In this document: one piece after another, positions 12,601 through 24,556 of the stretch
Layout of the letters: every line of letters begins with the position of its first letter
Position numbering within the stretch: position 1 is the stretch's first letter
DNA from: Enoplolaimus lenunculus
Taxonomy: Eukaryota
NCBI GenBank assembly: GCA_030248215.1
Contig: JASANG010001414.1
Span: 620,001 to 684,000 of the forward strand
Reading direction: 5' to 3'
Length of the DNA: 64,000 bases
The notes under the pieces: generated by a model
What the model was told of the DNA's origin: nothing
The model's database searches: none
Seen by the model: the letters and a program-made list of their open reading frames with translations, nothing else
Position numbers and translations under genes: made by a program

Positions 12601-14120
12601 AAGGTTACGACTAGGCTTTGTGCTAAGTGTAAGGCTATGCCTTAGCCTAAACCTAGCGCACTAAATCAAGCCGTGGTTTTAAACATTGGCCTGTGTTTTT
12701 ACCCTAGCTTCCCATTTTCGGGAACTGTGTAGAAACAAAATATAATCTCCAAGCTTGGTAGTAATTTAGACATGGTACTTAATCGTGCAGCAATTTAACA
12801 TCAATAGTTTCGAGAACGAGTTGTCCAATTAATTTTCTTCATTAGAACGTACGTGAGAGGCAGTGGGCGGAGTTAAGCGGAACACGCTGTCCAGCAGTTT
12901 CACCTCACATTTAACGTTTAAGTTAAAACTTAGGCCCGAGGAAAGACTGGCAAAGGACCAAGCTAGGCTTAGGTAAGCCTATTCTGAAACCTAGCGTAAT
13001 CGTAAGCCAAAGGCTCAGCATAAGCCCACGCGGGTGGAGGAAAGTGTACAAGAGACGCTTTGTATAGGGCTTACGATAGTTAATGGTTAGTTGGATTTGG
13101 ACCCTAAAAATGTCATAGCGAGTCAACGTTCGCTTGTAACACAGTAAACATCGAGGTGTAGTGTCGTGAAACGATAAGTGAACATGAATGAAATAATTAT
13201 GCCACTAAAATAAAGCTTTATTCTGGTTAATAGGATAATAACAGCGCCGGTTAGCTGTCTAATATGGGCCATGTAAGATATGGCTGCTCGAAATGCTGCA
13301 CATCAGCAGTTTATTCAATGAGCTTAGAATATATCAATAACCTAGTGATAGTAAAAATAACGGAAACAGAAACAAATAGCGATTTAATAAAACGAAAACA
13401 CACATCGATGTTTTACCGTGAACGAATATCTGAGTTATACCCTGCCAAATCTACATATGCTCAAATGTCCGACTTACGTATTTTGGGAAACTTTCCAGCA
13501 TTACTTTGTTTACAATATGTTGTTAGTTCGGAAACGTGATTGTTTTGTGAAAAGAAAATTTGTGTGCAGATACTTTTGTATTCGCTAACTTTTGCGCATG
13601 GTGCAAAGCCAGCTGACTAGTATGAATTATGATAGAGAAATCAAGAAGAAATCTTGTTCTAAAACAAAGAAATATTTTCTAACATAGAATTTTATAAATG
13701 GCGAAACAGTCATCGGTTTGAGAAATGTGAACGGTTCGAGAACTTACATGGATTCCATTGTCTTCTCTTTCCGTCGCTGCTTTTCTTTCCACGTTTTCCA
13801 CTTCGCTTTTCGACGCTTTCCATTCGTGGTTCACGACGTGCCACTCCAGTTCCGCTATTGACCGTCCCGGATGCGGCAGCAGCGGCAGCATTTTTAGCTT
13901 TGATATATTCAAAAAATCCTGTCGGCAAATCCTCGATGCTGATTGGTTCACTGTTCGATAGCGAATCAGAATTCAAGATTGCAGGATAAACGATCTGTGG
14001 CGGTCCGGCGCGCTTTACATCGCTCAATTCGGCGATCGATGCGACGTTTTCATTGGCTGGAGGGTCTGCGGCAAACGTGTACGTTGCCAGTATGAATGTT
14101 ACTGATAACTGTAGCCACAT
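663..14120 (-). CDS. Secreted modular protein: signal peptide, chitin-binding type-2 (peritrophin-A/CBM14-like) domain, Pro/Tyr-rich linker, multiple Cys-rich CC-type modules; 3' end lies outside the window
   Basis: Phase-compatible GT-AG exons: 14120-13748 (MWLQLSVTFILATYTFA...KRRQWNP), 12104-11999 (CQTPAQPGGSCC...YFLQC), 11247-11123 (GTWVRMQCPGQTVYNIAQQRC), 9613-9437 (ICPGG...C...GCPRGYTC...RCC + PT-rich), 8709-8473 (basic, less certain), 6186-5674 (TCPDG...CC + PAPY-rich), 3144-3025, 1995-1885, 1399-1301 (TCSDGSVAVAECINGYCGLGYTCENNLCC), 776-663 (RCPDNQIAEGPCINGLCNFGYQC..LCC). It could be two genes split near 8100. Confidence 0.75.
1656..1755 (-). pseudogene. Degenerate partial duplicate of the CC-module exon 1995-1885
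   Basis: Near-identical to 1871-1970, including the donor site, but lacks the acceptor and the 5' part of the exon. One conserved Cys codon is changed to Arg (TGC>CGC). Confidence 0.75.
2678..2732. mobile_element. 55-bp hAT-like MITE
   Basis: CAGGACCGTAGCC...GGCTATGAGCCCG, flanked by aatggtat/agtggtat (8-bp TSD, 7/8 match). Confidence 0.65.
3865..4066 (+). mobile_element. TTAGGC-repeat-carrying MITE (subfamily A)
   Basis: TIR GGCCCATGTATAGAACAGGG / CCCTGTTCTATACAGGGGCC, internal (CCTAAG)n, TSD gttggttc/gttggttt. Confidence 0.85.
4690..4920 (+). repeat. Minisatellite with ~19-20-bp unit TTTTGGCGGGAAATTCAAA
   Basis: About ten degenerate tandem copies are visible. Confidence 0.8.
6365..6570 (+). 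repeat. Minisatellite with ~25-bp unit TTCAGGGTGGGGGCTCCACACAAAC, probably internal to a hAT-like element ending near 6702
   Basis: About eight degenerate copies. The nearby GGCTGCTCCGGCTTTG resembles the reverse complement of the CAGTGCCGGAGCAG end at about 2335. Confidence 0.7.
8864..9011 (-). mobile_element. TTAGGC-carrying MITE (subfamily C)
   Basis: TIR GGCCCATGTTACTTTGAAGGACGTA / TACGTCCCTCAAAGTAACATTGGCC with a short TTAGGC core. Confidence 0.75.
11360..11663. mobile_element. PIF/Harbinger-like MITE (GGGTTGCGCTATAC family) with GACGG-rich minisatellite
   Basis: Ends GGGTTGCTCTTTAC / GTATCGCGCCACCC, TSD TTA/TTA. Relatives at 16735-17090 and 60953-61171, with fragments near 18400-18480 and 38606-38750. 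Confidence 0.65.
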
Positions 14121-16734
14121 TGTCTTCTTTGTGTCCAGAAGGGGAGAATAGGAAGGTTTTACAAGGTGTTTTCCTCGTTGTTGTTTAAGTTTCGTTCAAT
14201 TTTTATTCTATTACAAACTAGAATTGAAAAATATAGCTAAAATTAATGCTGGAGTGACTCGAATAAGAGGGGGAATGATACTGACTTTATTTCCCCAAAG
14301 GGTACCCTTGTTAATAGAAACATTTATATTTAATTCGCCCTGTGTTGGTTGGAACCAATACCCTTTCTTTTTGTACTCGTTCGTTTGTTGACAGAACTGA
14401 CTTGCTCCGAAGCATTTTCATTCATTGCCCTAATTATGTCTAATGGTATGTATCTATAGAAATTCAAGTTACTTGCAACTGCTTTCACAGGTGCGAATTA
14501 AACAAAATAGCATGAATGCCAGTTGGCAGCTGCAAGAAGTTCTAGCTGCTTTGTGACCAAACTTGCGCGTGCATGTTGCACATGCAAGTTTTTGATGCAA
14601 AAATTTTTCACGTGTGAATAGGGTTTTATATCATCTATTTTTCGGACAAACAAGGGAAGTTTAAATATCAGAACAGCTCAAGTTTTAACCAAACTGTTTA
14701 ATATTCACAGAAAATTACTTTAAAACGTATAAAGTACCAAATGGCACAAAGCTTTGAAATGTTTAGCATTTTTATTTCACATATTTAAACCAAAAATTAG
14801 CAATTACTGTCTTTAACCGAAATTTTCCCAATTTTTAGCGGTTTGAAAACATTTTTTAAATTTAGCAAAAAAATTATTTCAAAAATTCCAATAATCCCAA
14901 ATGTTGCTAAAACTGCTGATTTTAGCTAAACTTGATTAAATGACATTGACAAGGAAATAATAAAACTATAGAAAGTTTTAACAGTCGGGCTTCTGACTAC
15001 AAAGAATGCTAAGTATCTCATCGAAGCGGAACATAATAACTTTTGCTAAAAACTAAAACCGCAACATAGGCATTGATTGCCTCTTATTCCGTTCTTATGT
15101 TGCAATTTCTATCGTTGCAGTTTTACTGAATAAATCACTTATAATAACTTAGCTAATAAACTATAATTTATTAGAAAAAACTATAGAAAAGCATTAATAA
15201 GTGAAAATCATAGCTTAATTTAATAATACTTATAGTTTAACTATTAAGTGCTTGATCGGCAGATTGTTTCCGTTTGCAGTGATGCGTTGCATAATGCGTT
15301 AAGCAACTGCATCGCGATGCTATTAAATATGCAAAATTTTGCACTATAAATTGCGCTAAAAACCAGCTATTTTAAATTATGTTACTGTGTGAAGTAGCAT
15401 CGAACCGTTTACAAAATATACAATTTATTTCAACAGAAATCGAATTCAAACCGTTAGATTGCTTTAACAATCATCGTTCGACTATAAGAGTTTGAATCTT
15501 GACCCGAATTTGAAGAAAAACCTTTTCAAACACGTTAACCAAATCGTAACAGTAACATTGATTTCAACCGCAAATGTGTAAAATGCGATTGGCGTAACAT
15601 TTTTTACCTTTATTAGTAACTAGTATGCCAGCTTTATGCAATGCGCAAAGCTAGAAAAAGCACAAAAGTTTCCTTGCAAATTTTCTTTTCATAGAACAAA
15701 GAGCAATTTTTGTAAACAAAGTAATGCTGGAAATTTGCCCAAAACACGTATATGGGGCGTTCCAGCTTTAATATATAGATGTTTAATGAGTCAAATTTCT
15801 ATAAAACTGGGATAAATAATTTTATTACAGCATTCACAGTTACCATGTAAATCAAACTTTGACAGAAACCTCATGCTGCTTTTGTCGGATCTTCGTCTGT
15901 TCAGTTTGCTCTTTCAGTCACGGATCCAAGAGCCCAATCCATAAATCAAGAACCATTTAGAGACTGCTATATGGGATTTAATGCTGCAACAGCGTTTAGC
16001 TACTCGGTCGCTTCGCTTGTGAGTTTTTGGAGATCGTAGTGATTAAATCTGCATTTCGACGCCTCAAATGTGAAGTTTTCATTGAGATACATAAACTTTA
16101 AAATTTTTTCATGTTTTCCGCTCGCTTCGCTTGCGTTTTTTCGAAACTTGTTTCTTATTGACACTTTTAGCGGCGTAGACCCCTCGAGTTACAAATCTTC
16201 GGTATGCGCCCGGGCACGACGCGTGTACATTAGCGGATCGAGGAGTGATGACGCAAATGGTTTAAAGTTCACATGTGTTTTCCAGCCAAATATAGATAAA
16301 AAATGGCGAAGTACAAACCAAATTAAAATTTTTTTACTTTAAGTTCGCAGCTGTGTTTAAAAAGTTTGTTTTCGTACAAACCACTGGAATCATAATAAAA
16401 CTGCAATTGCAGCTGTAATATGTTTGCAATGAAATTATTGCACTATTAATAATTGCTAATATGAAACGTCAACATATTTGAAAAGGAAGTACTTAAAATT
16501 GTATTAATATAATATTCTATGAACGCACGCACTAAACACACTTGCCGTTGTGGACAGAGGGGATGATACAGTTGGATTGCGACGATTAATTTAGCGAAAA
16601 CGAAAAAAATACAAATCAAAAAATTTACTAAAATGTTTTCTGGGAAAATTGTTGTTTATAAGAGAACGCTTAAAACGATGATTTTCGTTTTATGATTTGA
16701 CGCGAAAGTTTGGTTTGAATCCAACTAATTGTCA

Positions 16735-17090
16735 GGGTTGCGCTATATTTTACTGTGCCGCACGTCGCCGCACACCGCCGCACGTCGCCGCACACCGCCG
16801 CACGTCGCCGCACACCGCCGCACGTCGCTGCACGTCGCCGCACACCGCCGCACGTCGCCGCACACCGCCGCACGTCGCTGCACACCGCCGCACGTCGCCA
16901 CACACTGCCGCACCTCTCCGCATGCCGCCGCACACCGCTATGCTTCACTCTATACAAAAGGCATTTTATAGCGTACGGTGGCGCGCAACGGCGTGTGGCA
17001 ATTTTTAATAAATTTTTTTGGGCCGGTGCGCGGCTGCGTGCGGCGAAACACCGCGGCGTCCGGCAGGGCGCGGCGAGTATAGCGTAACTC
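16735..17090. mobile_element. PIF/Harbinger-like MITE containing a 10-bp GC-rich minisatellite (CACGTCGCCG/CACACCGCCG)
   Basis: TIR GGGTTGCGCTATA / TATAGCGTAACTC, flanks tca/tta, array at 16757-16938. Confidence 0.7.
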
Positions 17091-17853
17091 TTACTGTGTG
17101 GTTTTAAAGTAAAAAATAATTATGCAAACTAGGAACTGGCTTTCGTGCATATATAGCTGAGAGTGCACCGGTTTTGTACGGAAATGCAATAGAGTAAACC
17201 TAAGCTTTAAGCAATTTTTTGCCTAGAAGTAGAGGAAGGCTTAAGCCTAGGCTTAGCTATAGGTTTATCCTAGTGCTGAGGTCTTAGCCTTAATATGCTT
17301 AGGCTTCGGTTTAGGAATACTGCTTAATACTGCTTTTAAGTCCATGATGTATTAAAGGGCCAAAAATCATGTCACGTTTAAAAGTGCATATAGAATTTTA
17401 AAACAATATTGGCTGAAAATTTTGAAACATTTTTTGGTTATATTAAGACACATGAAAACTTGTACAGTGTCGTGAAACTGAAAGAAGGCTTCGGTCATTC
17501 ACATGACCGGAACTAAAACCAGTTTTGCAGGATATATATTTTTTAGTATTTTTAGCTTGAATATTTTCAGCTCTATTTTACTTTTTTACTGACGTTATAA
17601 AATTGAAAAAGCTTTCTGTTAGCAAGTTAGCATGCAATCTATCATAAATGGTTGATTCAATTTTGGTTAATTTTTACATTATGACAAGGATTAAGGGTTA
17701 TCATCAAATGTATGTACCTATTATTACAAGTTTTAGCAATACCGCAATTAATTGAACCGTGGCAGCTACAGATCTGACACTTTGCACATCACTAGTATGT
17801 CTGTTAAATTCAAAATTGTGATACATTGCGAAGCTATTAAGCATTTATTAGTA

Positions 17854-18280
17854 CTGTAGTGACCCGAATAGAGGGGGACTGATATTTATTCGGCCTCTCC
17901 AGAGGGTACCCCCTTTGTTTTTCGGTTGCGATCTGTTATTTATTGTAACCCACGCTCCGCCACCCTTCGTTACTGATATATCCGGTACTGCAGTTATCCG
18001 TTGAATGAAACGTATAAAGTATAGCTTGAACGATAATGCAAGGTTATACTTAGGAATGTGCTTTCAAAATTTAAGTACGCTTGAAAGTTTCGGATTCAAA
18101 TTATTTAGACTTGGAGTCACTTTTGCGCTGCAATTAGAGATAATTGACACTTACGGCCTCTAATTAGGGTTTAGGGACTCTATCCTCTTACGGACTCTTA
18201 TTAGGGATACGGACTCATATTGATTGGGACTCAAAATGGGGACCCCCTCTTATTACCCACTCTTATTCGGGTTCCTACGG
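17854..18280. mobile_element. TA-flanked (Tc1/mariner-like) MITE, CTGTAGTGACCCGAATAAGAG family
   Basis: ta|CTGTAGTGACCCGAATAGAG...CTCTTATTCGGGTTCCTACGG|ta. Related copies at 52910-53133 and 59249-~59705, with a fragment near 14250-14320. Confidence 0.75.
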
Positions 18281-21200
18281 TAATAAGGTTCACCAACTTG
18301 TGAAAAATAGTTGCTTACAAGTAAAGTCTGTCAACGCACGGCAATAACTTTGTTTATGAGCTAATTAATTGATATGCTGTGGCACATCTACTGCAATACA
18401 CGTGCGTTGTGGTACAATGCCGGACGGTGACGGACGGCGCCACACGCCGACTGACGGATGGTACTCTGCCAGTAGCCAGTATTTTAGGTGTAGAGCCGAA
18501 ACAGTTTTTAAAACATTTTATCACATATTAAGTTACAGAATGCTTCCAGTTGAGACACCTCCAACCATGAGTATGCGTCAAAGCATCGTATTGTTTCAGT
18601 TGATCATAGCATATGGACCCCCTTAAACTTTTAATGGATCCGCTCCTGCAGTGGGTCGTAATTAACTGTCAGCAGAAGCAGGACTTACACTTCACAGGGG
18701 TGTGGAGTAGTGTTCCACGGTACATAAAATTCAGAAACTTTATGACCGCCATTGTTTTACCGTTCAGTTGGTAGACGTTGGCGATTTATATATCAGACAG
18801 ATTAAAACTGATATTTGACTGCGGAGAATTACGACGACAACTATTAATTAACAGGAAACTTTTTTGAAATCCTATACTTTGTCACAACCCGCATCTTGTG
18901 AGGAATTGTAAAAAAGGTTCGCTGAAAATATTTACCACACGTGGTCCAGTTGGCCGCATGGCAGTGGCAAAATTGCTGTTTCCAGCGGTCGGAACAACTA
19001 CTGAAATGCAAACTGAATCTCATTAGAGAATTTATGTTCAAAACTGTTTTTATCGCAACGTGATTGGATTAAAGGACGTTGTTTTAGGTTGTTCCTAAAA
19101 ACAACAGTTTGCGTTTTGAAACACTGACTGTTATCTGGGACGAATGCTTTATTACGACACGATGAACGCATACGGACCAATGCATAGTCCAGAGCCGTAA
19201 CAACAGCATAAGCATATTCCTAAGCCCACGCCTAAGCCTAAGCGTAAGAATGAGCTTATACCTAAGCCTACGCCTAAGCCTAAGCGCAAGAATGAGCTTA
19301 CACCTAAGCCTAAGCCTAAGCGTAACAGTGAGCTTATATCTAAGCCTAAGGCTGAGCAAAAAATAAGTCTAAGCTTTAGCCTTACTTTATAGCAGTCCCG
19401 CAGTAAAAATGTTGCGCCACTGTTATCTTTACATAGGCCCATTTATATGACGTGTCTGCGCGATATCGTATATACTACGTTTATAGCCACGGAAATGTGT
19501 CAACTTTAATTTTCGTAAAATTTACACCTGGGCCATATGTTAACTGCAGCTTTGATATGCTCGATGTAACCGACACAACTCTCAACGAATATGTATAATT
19601 CCTATGTCAGCCGCGCACCGGCAGATTAATATGCACGAAACGTTTCGAGTTTCGAAAAAAAACTTTTTTATTACAACAACATCACCAAGCATTTTATATC
19701 GTCTAATGAGTTTACAAATCAATTGATTCCTTAACGTTCAGCAAGAACGGAAATATAAGTAGGATAAATGAGTGAGATTTTAAACAATAACAAATAAATA
19801 AATAAATAAATAAATAAGTAAATAAATAAAAATTAGTAAATAAATAAATATATATGTTTATTTATTTATTTATGTATATACGTATGTACTTGTAAATATA
19901 TTATATATATAAATATATATATATAAATCTATAAAAGAAAATATTCTAATATTTTCAAGTATGACGCTGTAGATTATTTGTTACCGTTGTCTCTTGTAGT
20001 CTCTTTGAGCTTTTTCGTTTGAAGCGATTCCAAATCAACGCGATAAAACGTTGAAACTGCAAACGCCGGCCGTGTGTGTCCGGATACGACACAGCTGCGA
20101 CTGTTGCTGCAGTTCTGCTAAGTTGTTGAAGCCGTGGCGAAAATCTATTTCCGTATTTACTCAGTGGATTTTTGATGTACTCTTTGTCTCATTGATATTT
20201 ACGCTATACGCTTGAGCGAGTTTGCCGTGTCTGAGAGTTGGAGATCGTAATTGTGGATGAATTAATAATAGTCCTTTGAGAGATTGCGTAATAATAATTA
20301 ATGAATGAAGCAAGAACAGTGCCAGAGATCAATTCAATGCGTAGGAAGCGACGCTGCGCGTTTGGATCAATGTACTCGGACCGTAACAGTAGGATAAGCA
20401 TATTCCTAACCAAGATGGGCCAATGTAAAGAACAGGGGCGGAACAGTATTAAAAGCATATCCCTAAGCCTTAGCATAAACCTAAGCCTAAACCATGCAAT
20501 AAATTATTCTAAAGCTTATGCTTACTCTACTGCTATATCAAAGAGAAACTTTCCGCTCCTGTTCTTTACATAGGCTAAAAGATGCAACCGGAATTATGTA
20601 ACGGAACCGGAAAATGAAAATGGACCCGGAAAGCAAAGAATACTTCTTATCGAAAAAAATTGTACGCTATTTTATATCACTTTTAATAGTGTAAACATAT
20701 TATTTAGAATGCGACAATCCTGTGACAAATGCAGTAGCTTGGAACATACGGTAAATTATGGAGTACGACACAAATTGAAAATATTGGCAATACACGCTCA
20801 GACAATTTTAGCAAAATAAGTTAGAATAATATGCCAATTTTTCATAAATTTTCGAAGAAATATTTTCACTACCGAAAATGCCGGAAAATTCTGGTTAAAA
20901 ATACCGGTTAATTACCGGAACCAGATAGTGAAAAATACAGGAATTTCCTTACCGGAACAGGAATTTCGGTTGCACGTTGTTCCTAATCCTGAGTGTAAGC
21001 CTAAGCGTAAAATATATGCCTATACTTAAGCCTAAGCTAAGCAAAAAAACTAGTCTAATGCTTAAACCTACTCTATTGCAGTCCCGTGGAAAACCAGTCC
21101 GCCCCTCATATTTTCATCAGCCAGTGTTTGCTACAAATGTAATTTTAGGAATTTTTTAAAAATTGGTTACAAATGAGAATTTAACAAGTAATTAGTAAAC

Positions 21201-21797
21201 GAAACAAGAATGCCGATAACATTGATTTCAAAGCGCACCATGTATCAGGATACGATCGCTACATATATATTTCATTTTGAGAAATTCTTTAAATTTAATT
21301 TAAAATTTTTAATCTCATAAAAACTTTGAAGTTTTGCTTCGAATTTGATTTTTGCCAGTCACAATCTAGAAATTAACTAAATGGATAACGCAAGAATGTC
21401 GCCATAGGTAAATGCAAAGAGTAGGATGTGGCGTAGTGCGTTTACTATACAAATTGCAGTATATTAGAAATTTTGTTTAATATTTTAATACAATTGTAAA
21501 ATTAACAAAGTTACAAAAAGTTGTATTAGGCCTTTAAGTCAAAATCGAAGACTTCTCAACGGAACATTTAGGCAATACCATGACAGACAGACGGCATAAA
21601 ATACTTTTTTGAGATGCGGATAGATGCATCATCGTTAAGCGCCAGCCGACAAAAAACTAAAACTGGTTTAAGCCTAATTTTTGGGCCATCAGCGTTCACA
21701 GTTGATGGTTTTGGATTTAAATACATAGCTTAGTAACAAGAAGACATTTGATATGAAATTTTTATTTACAACACAGTCCACCGTAAAATTTGCTTTG

Positions 21798-24556
21798 TCA
21801 AACGCGAAAACTATTCAAAGCGTTAACAAACTGCATAACCCCTACTACCATTTCAATCAAAACGTACCAATTTCGACTACTTTGCGCTCCAGATTTAAAT
21901 CCAAACAACTGCAAAGTGTTTATATCAGGCGCCGCAGACACAAGACCTTCTTTATCCCAGTCAACCATTGGACAGTAGCGATCTTGTAAAATTTCAAATT
22001 TTGACGTACCCTTTCCTTGAAGTAAAATATCAATTAAAGGACCGTTAGTTTCAAAATGAAGCCGCTCCCGGTATCCAGGTTTGATTTGGAGCATCGTTCG
22101 CCCGCATGATTTTAAACATTTTGCGTATAGCTTCCACATATGACACCGGGTACATAACTTTGACGATTTTTCGTGAATAATATGCTCGGTGGGTTGGTGA
22201 AGCGAACTCGAGGGAGCGGCTACTGAACTGTGGTACGCGTGTGACGACGCTATTTCGTACTGTTGTGGGGACGGGAATGCACAGTTGAGAGCGCACGTTA
22301 ACGCTCGATTGAATCGTTTAGTCGATTGAAATAATTGAGTTGAAATATTGGTTTCAATTTCAACATTTGTATTTGTTCGAATTTTAAAATTGGTCTTGGG
22401 TTGAATTTGGAGATATTTTTCAGTTAATTCGGTTGCTCGAGGAACTCGCGAGAAAGACGAATTGGTGTACGCTGTGACTTTGGGATGAATGTTGAACTGA
22501 GGTTTGCGACGATAGACGCTGTTTTGTTTGGAACCCAGCTCAACGCTAGATTCAACTGAACTACTGGTACCACTGCCGTGGAACGCTTTAAAGCTATACC
22601 CTATAGATTTTACCAGTGATCTAAACCGTTTCATGTCGTTTGTTAGGCGTGGAATGCTAAATTTTTTGTTGCTAATTTCAAACGGTGATAAAGTTGATGG
22701 CGCCATTGTGGTTGATTGTGATTGGCTAATTTGATGACCACAAGCCACGTTCATTTGCTGATGGATGACGTCATTTTCGGTGAGTAATGGCGTCATATTT
22801 AGCGATGGCGCATGCTTGTCAGCGCATCGTTGCAGCTTAAGCTGCAACACGTTGTGGTGATTACATGCGATGGAAAATTGTTTTGCAAATTTTGACGAAT
22901 TTTGATCCAAATGAAGTAAACGTTTGAGAGATAGCTCTAGTGTAGACGCCAATTTTTCCATACATCGTAGTATGCTGTAGAAGCGAGCGAAATAGATTCT
23001 AAAATAATAAAACTACTAGATAGGTATGATTGAGGGTAAAACCTTCATAAGGCTAGGCAGCCTCATTGGGTTCAAGCGTCAAGCTCCTATAGCTGAGTGG
23101 TTTTAGTAATCGTCTTGCACCCGTTGGACTGTGGTTCGAATCGTACAATGAAGTTACTTCTTAGATTAAATTGAAAATATTCATGTGAGAAAGAGTTACG
23201 TAACACCAAATCCGGTACCAGACAAGGATATACTGAAAACAGTACACTACAGCTGCACACAAACATCTCTAAAATTGGTTTGAACACTTGAACGAAGCCT
23301 ATTTTTTATATATTGAGTTTAGAATCAAGATTAGTTTAAAAATGTTGAACAGTTTTAGAATTTTGACTGCAACGTTCTGAACGTCGATTGAAATATTAAC
23401 TAAAACACTATTCACACGTGCAAGTTTTTGCTGTGAGAACTTGTAGCTGCAAATTGCACGCAAAACTGGCATTTTTCATCAGCCAAGGACAAAGGGGCTA
23501 CAATAAATTTAGAGAAATTGCATGGTTATTTACACATATGAACTAAATTCATAGCTACGATTTTTAATGAAATATGTGCAGCGGCAAGTTTTTCGAACGG
23601 TATTTTGGACAAAACTTGCAAGTAAAAGTTGCAGTCGCAAGTTCTTACAGCAAAAAGTTGCACGTGTGAATAGGGCTAAAAGATCACAAATATTTACTGA
23701 ACTAAATAATTAAGACAACGTCACACAGATAAAATTGCATCAACTGAAAACTAATGAATATGAACAATCTTGTTTATGTAGTAAAGTTGTAGGTCCGCAG
23801 CCAGCGCTACCATTTAGACACCACAAAAATTACAGGTAAAGTACGAGAAAAGTTTCCAGTGTTCACAAGCGAGCCCAAGACTTCCACAGCGGAGATATGG
23901 TTTTTCTACCGATGATACCATAAGATCCCCATCTGCTGACACGCACACCGTTCCGCAGCATGGCTAAAAGTATATGAACAAAAATTAAGCCCTATTTACA
24001 CGGGCATGTTTTTGCTGCGAGAACTTGCAGCTGCAACTTGCACTTGCAAGTTTTGTCTAAAATTCCTCTCGAAAAACTTGAAGCTGCAAATAATTCACTA
24101 AAAATCATAGCTAAGAATTTAGTTTACATGTGTGAACAACCATGCAAGTTTACTGAATTTATTGCAGCCGCGTTCTCATTGGCTCATTAAAAAATACTAG
24201 TTGTGCGTGGAATTCACAGCTGCAAGTTCTCACAGCAAAAACTTGTATATACGTGTGAATACGGTTCCAAAACGTATTATGTGCTTTTACCGAAACTTCC
24301 GATGCATTAGTTGCGCTGCAAAACGATCAACAGAGCGATAAGTTGGAAATTTATAGCCGGTAATCGAGCATTCATCATGGCAATAGTGAAAATGTTGATT
24401 ATGCACTCGACCACAATGAGTATACACTGACGAATTTCGGCTATTTTGCAGGATTCGCTGACAGTGCGTGTAGCAATCAGACGTCGTGTACTGTGAACTG
24501 CAGCGAACGGTGTGCACAATTAGCAACACGGCAACTGCGTTTAATTGCAATTGCAT
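21798..24556 (-). CDS. Predicted secreted Cys-containing protein of unknown function
   Basis: Exon 24556-24291 (MQLQLNAVAVLLIVHTVRC, signal-like, followed by Cys/His-rich sequence; donor CG|gtaaaa, phase 2). Optional exon 23963-23910 (54 nt, phase 2-2). Exon 22998-21798 (ttttag acceptor, phase 2) is continuous with the 387-aa ORF to its TGA. Confidence 0.65.
23034..23195 (+). mobile_element. 5'-truncated copy of the tRNA-cassette TTAA MITE
   Basis: GCGTCAAGCTCCTATAGCTGAGTGG...GGTTCGAATC...GAAAATATTCATGTGAGAAAGAG matches 27045-27310. Confidence 0.75.
23404..23677 (+). mobile_element. Harbinger-like MITE (CCCTATTCACACG TIR family)
   Basis: Ends CACTATTCACACGTGCAAG / TTGCACGTGTGAATAGGGC. An inverted copy lies at 23988-24266 and a partial copy at about 14460-14625. 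Confidence 0.7.
23988..24266 (-). mobile_element. Harbinger-like MITE, inverted copy of 23404-23677
   Basis: Internal sequence is the reverse complement of the 23404 copy (ACTTGCAAGTTTTGTCTAAAA vs TTTTGGACAAAACTTGCAAGT). Confidence 0.7.

Noticed and set aside
16670..17087. Overlapping Arg/Ala/His-rich ORFs
   Set aside because: Products of a 10-bp GC minisatellite inside a Harbinger-like MITE.
18936..19000. Isolated minus-strand exon candidate (tttcag...G|gtaaat; SCSDRWKQQFCHCHAANWTTC)
   Set aside because: It has good splice signals, but I could not link it in frame to any neighbouring exon. It may be non-coding or chance.
19790..19935. AT-rich quasi-palindromic tract (also 53345-53570)
   Set aside because: Low-complexity (AAAT)n/(AT)n sequence with no distinctive structure.
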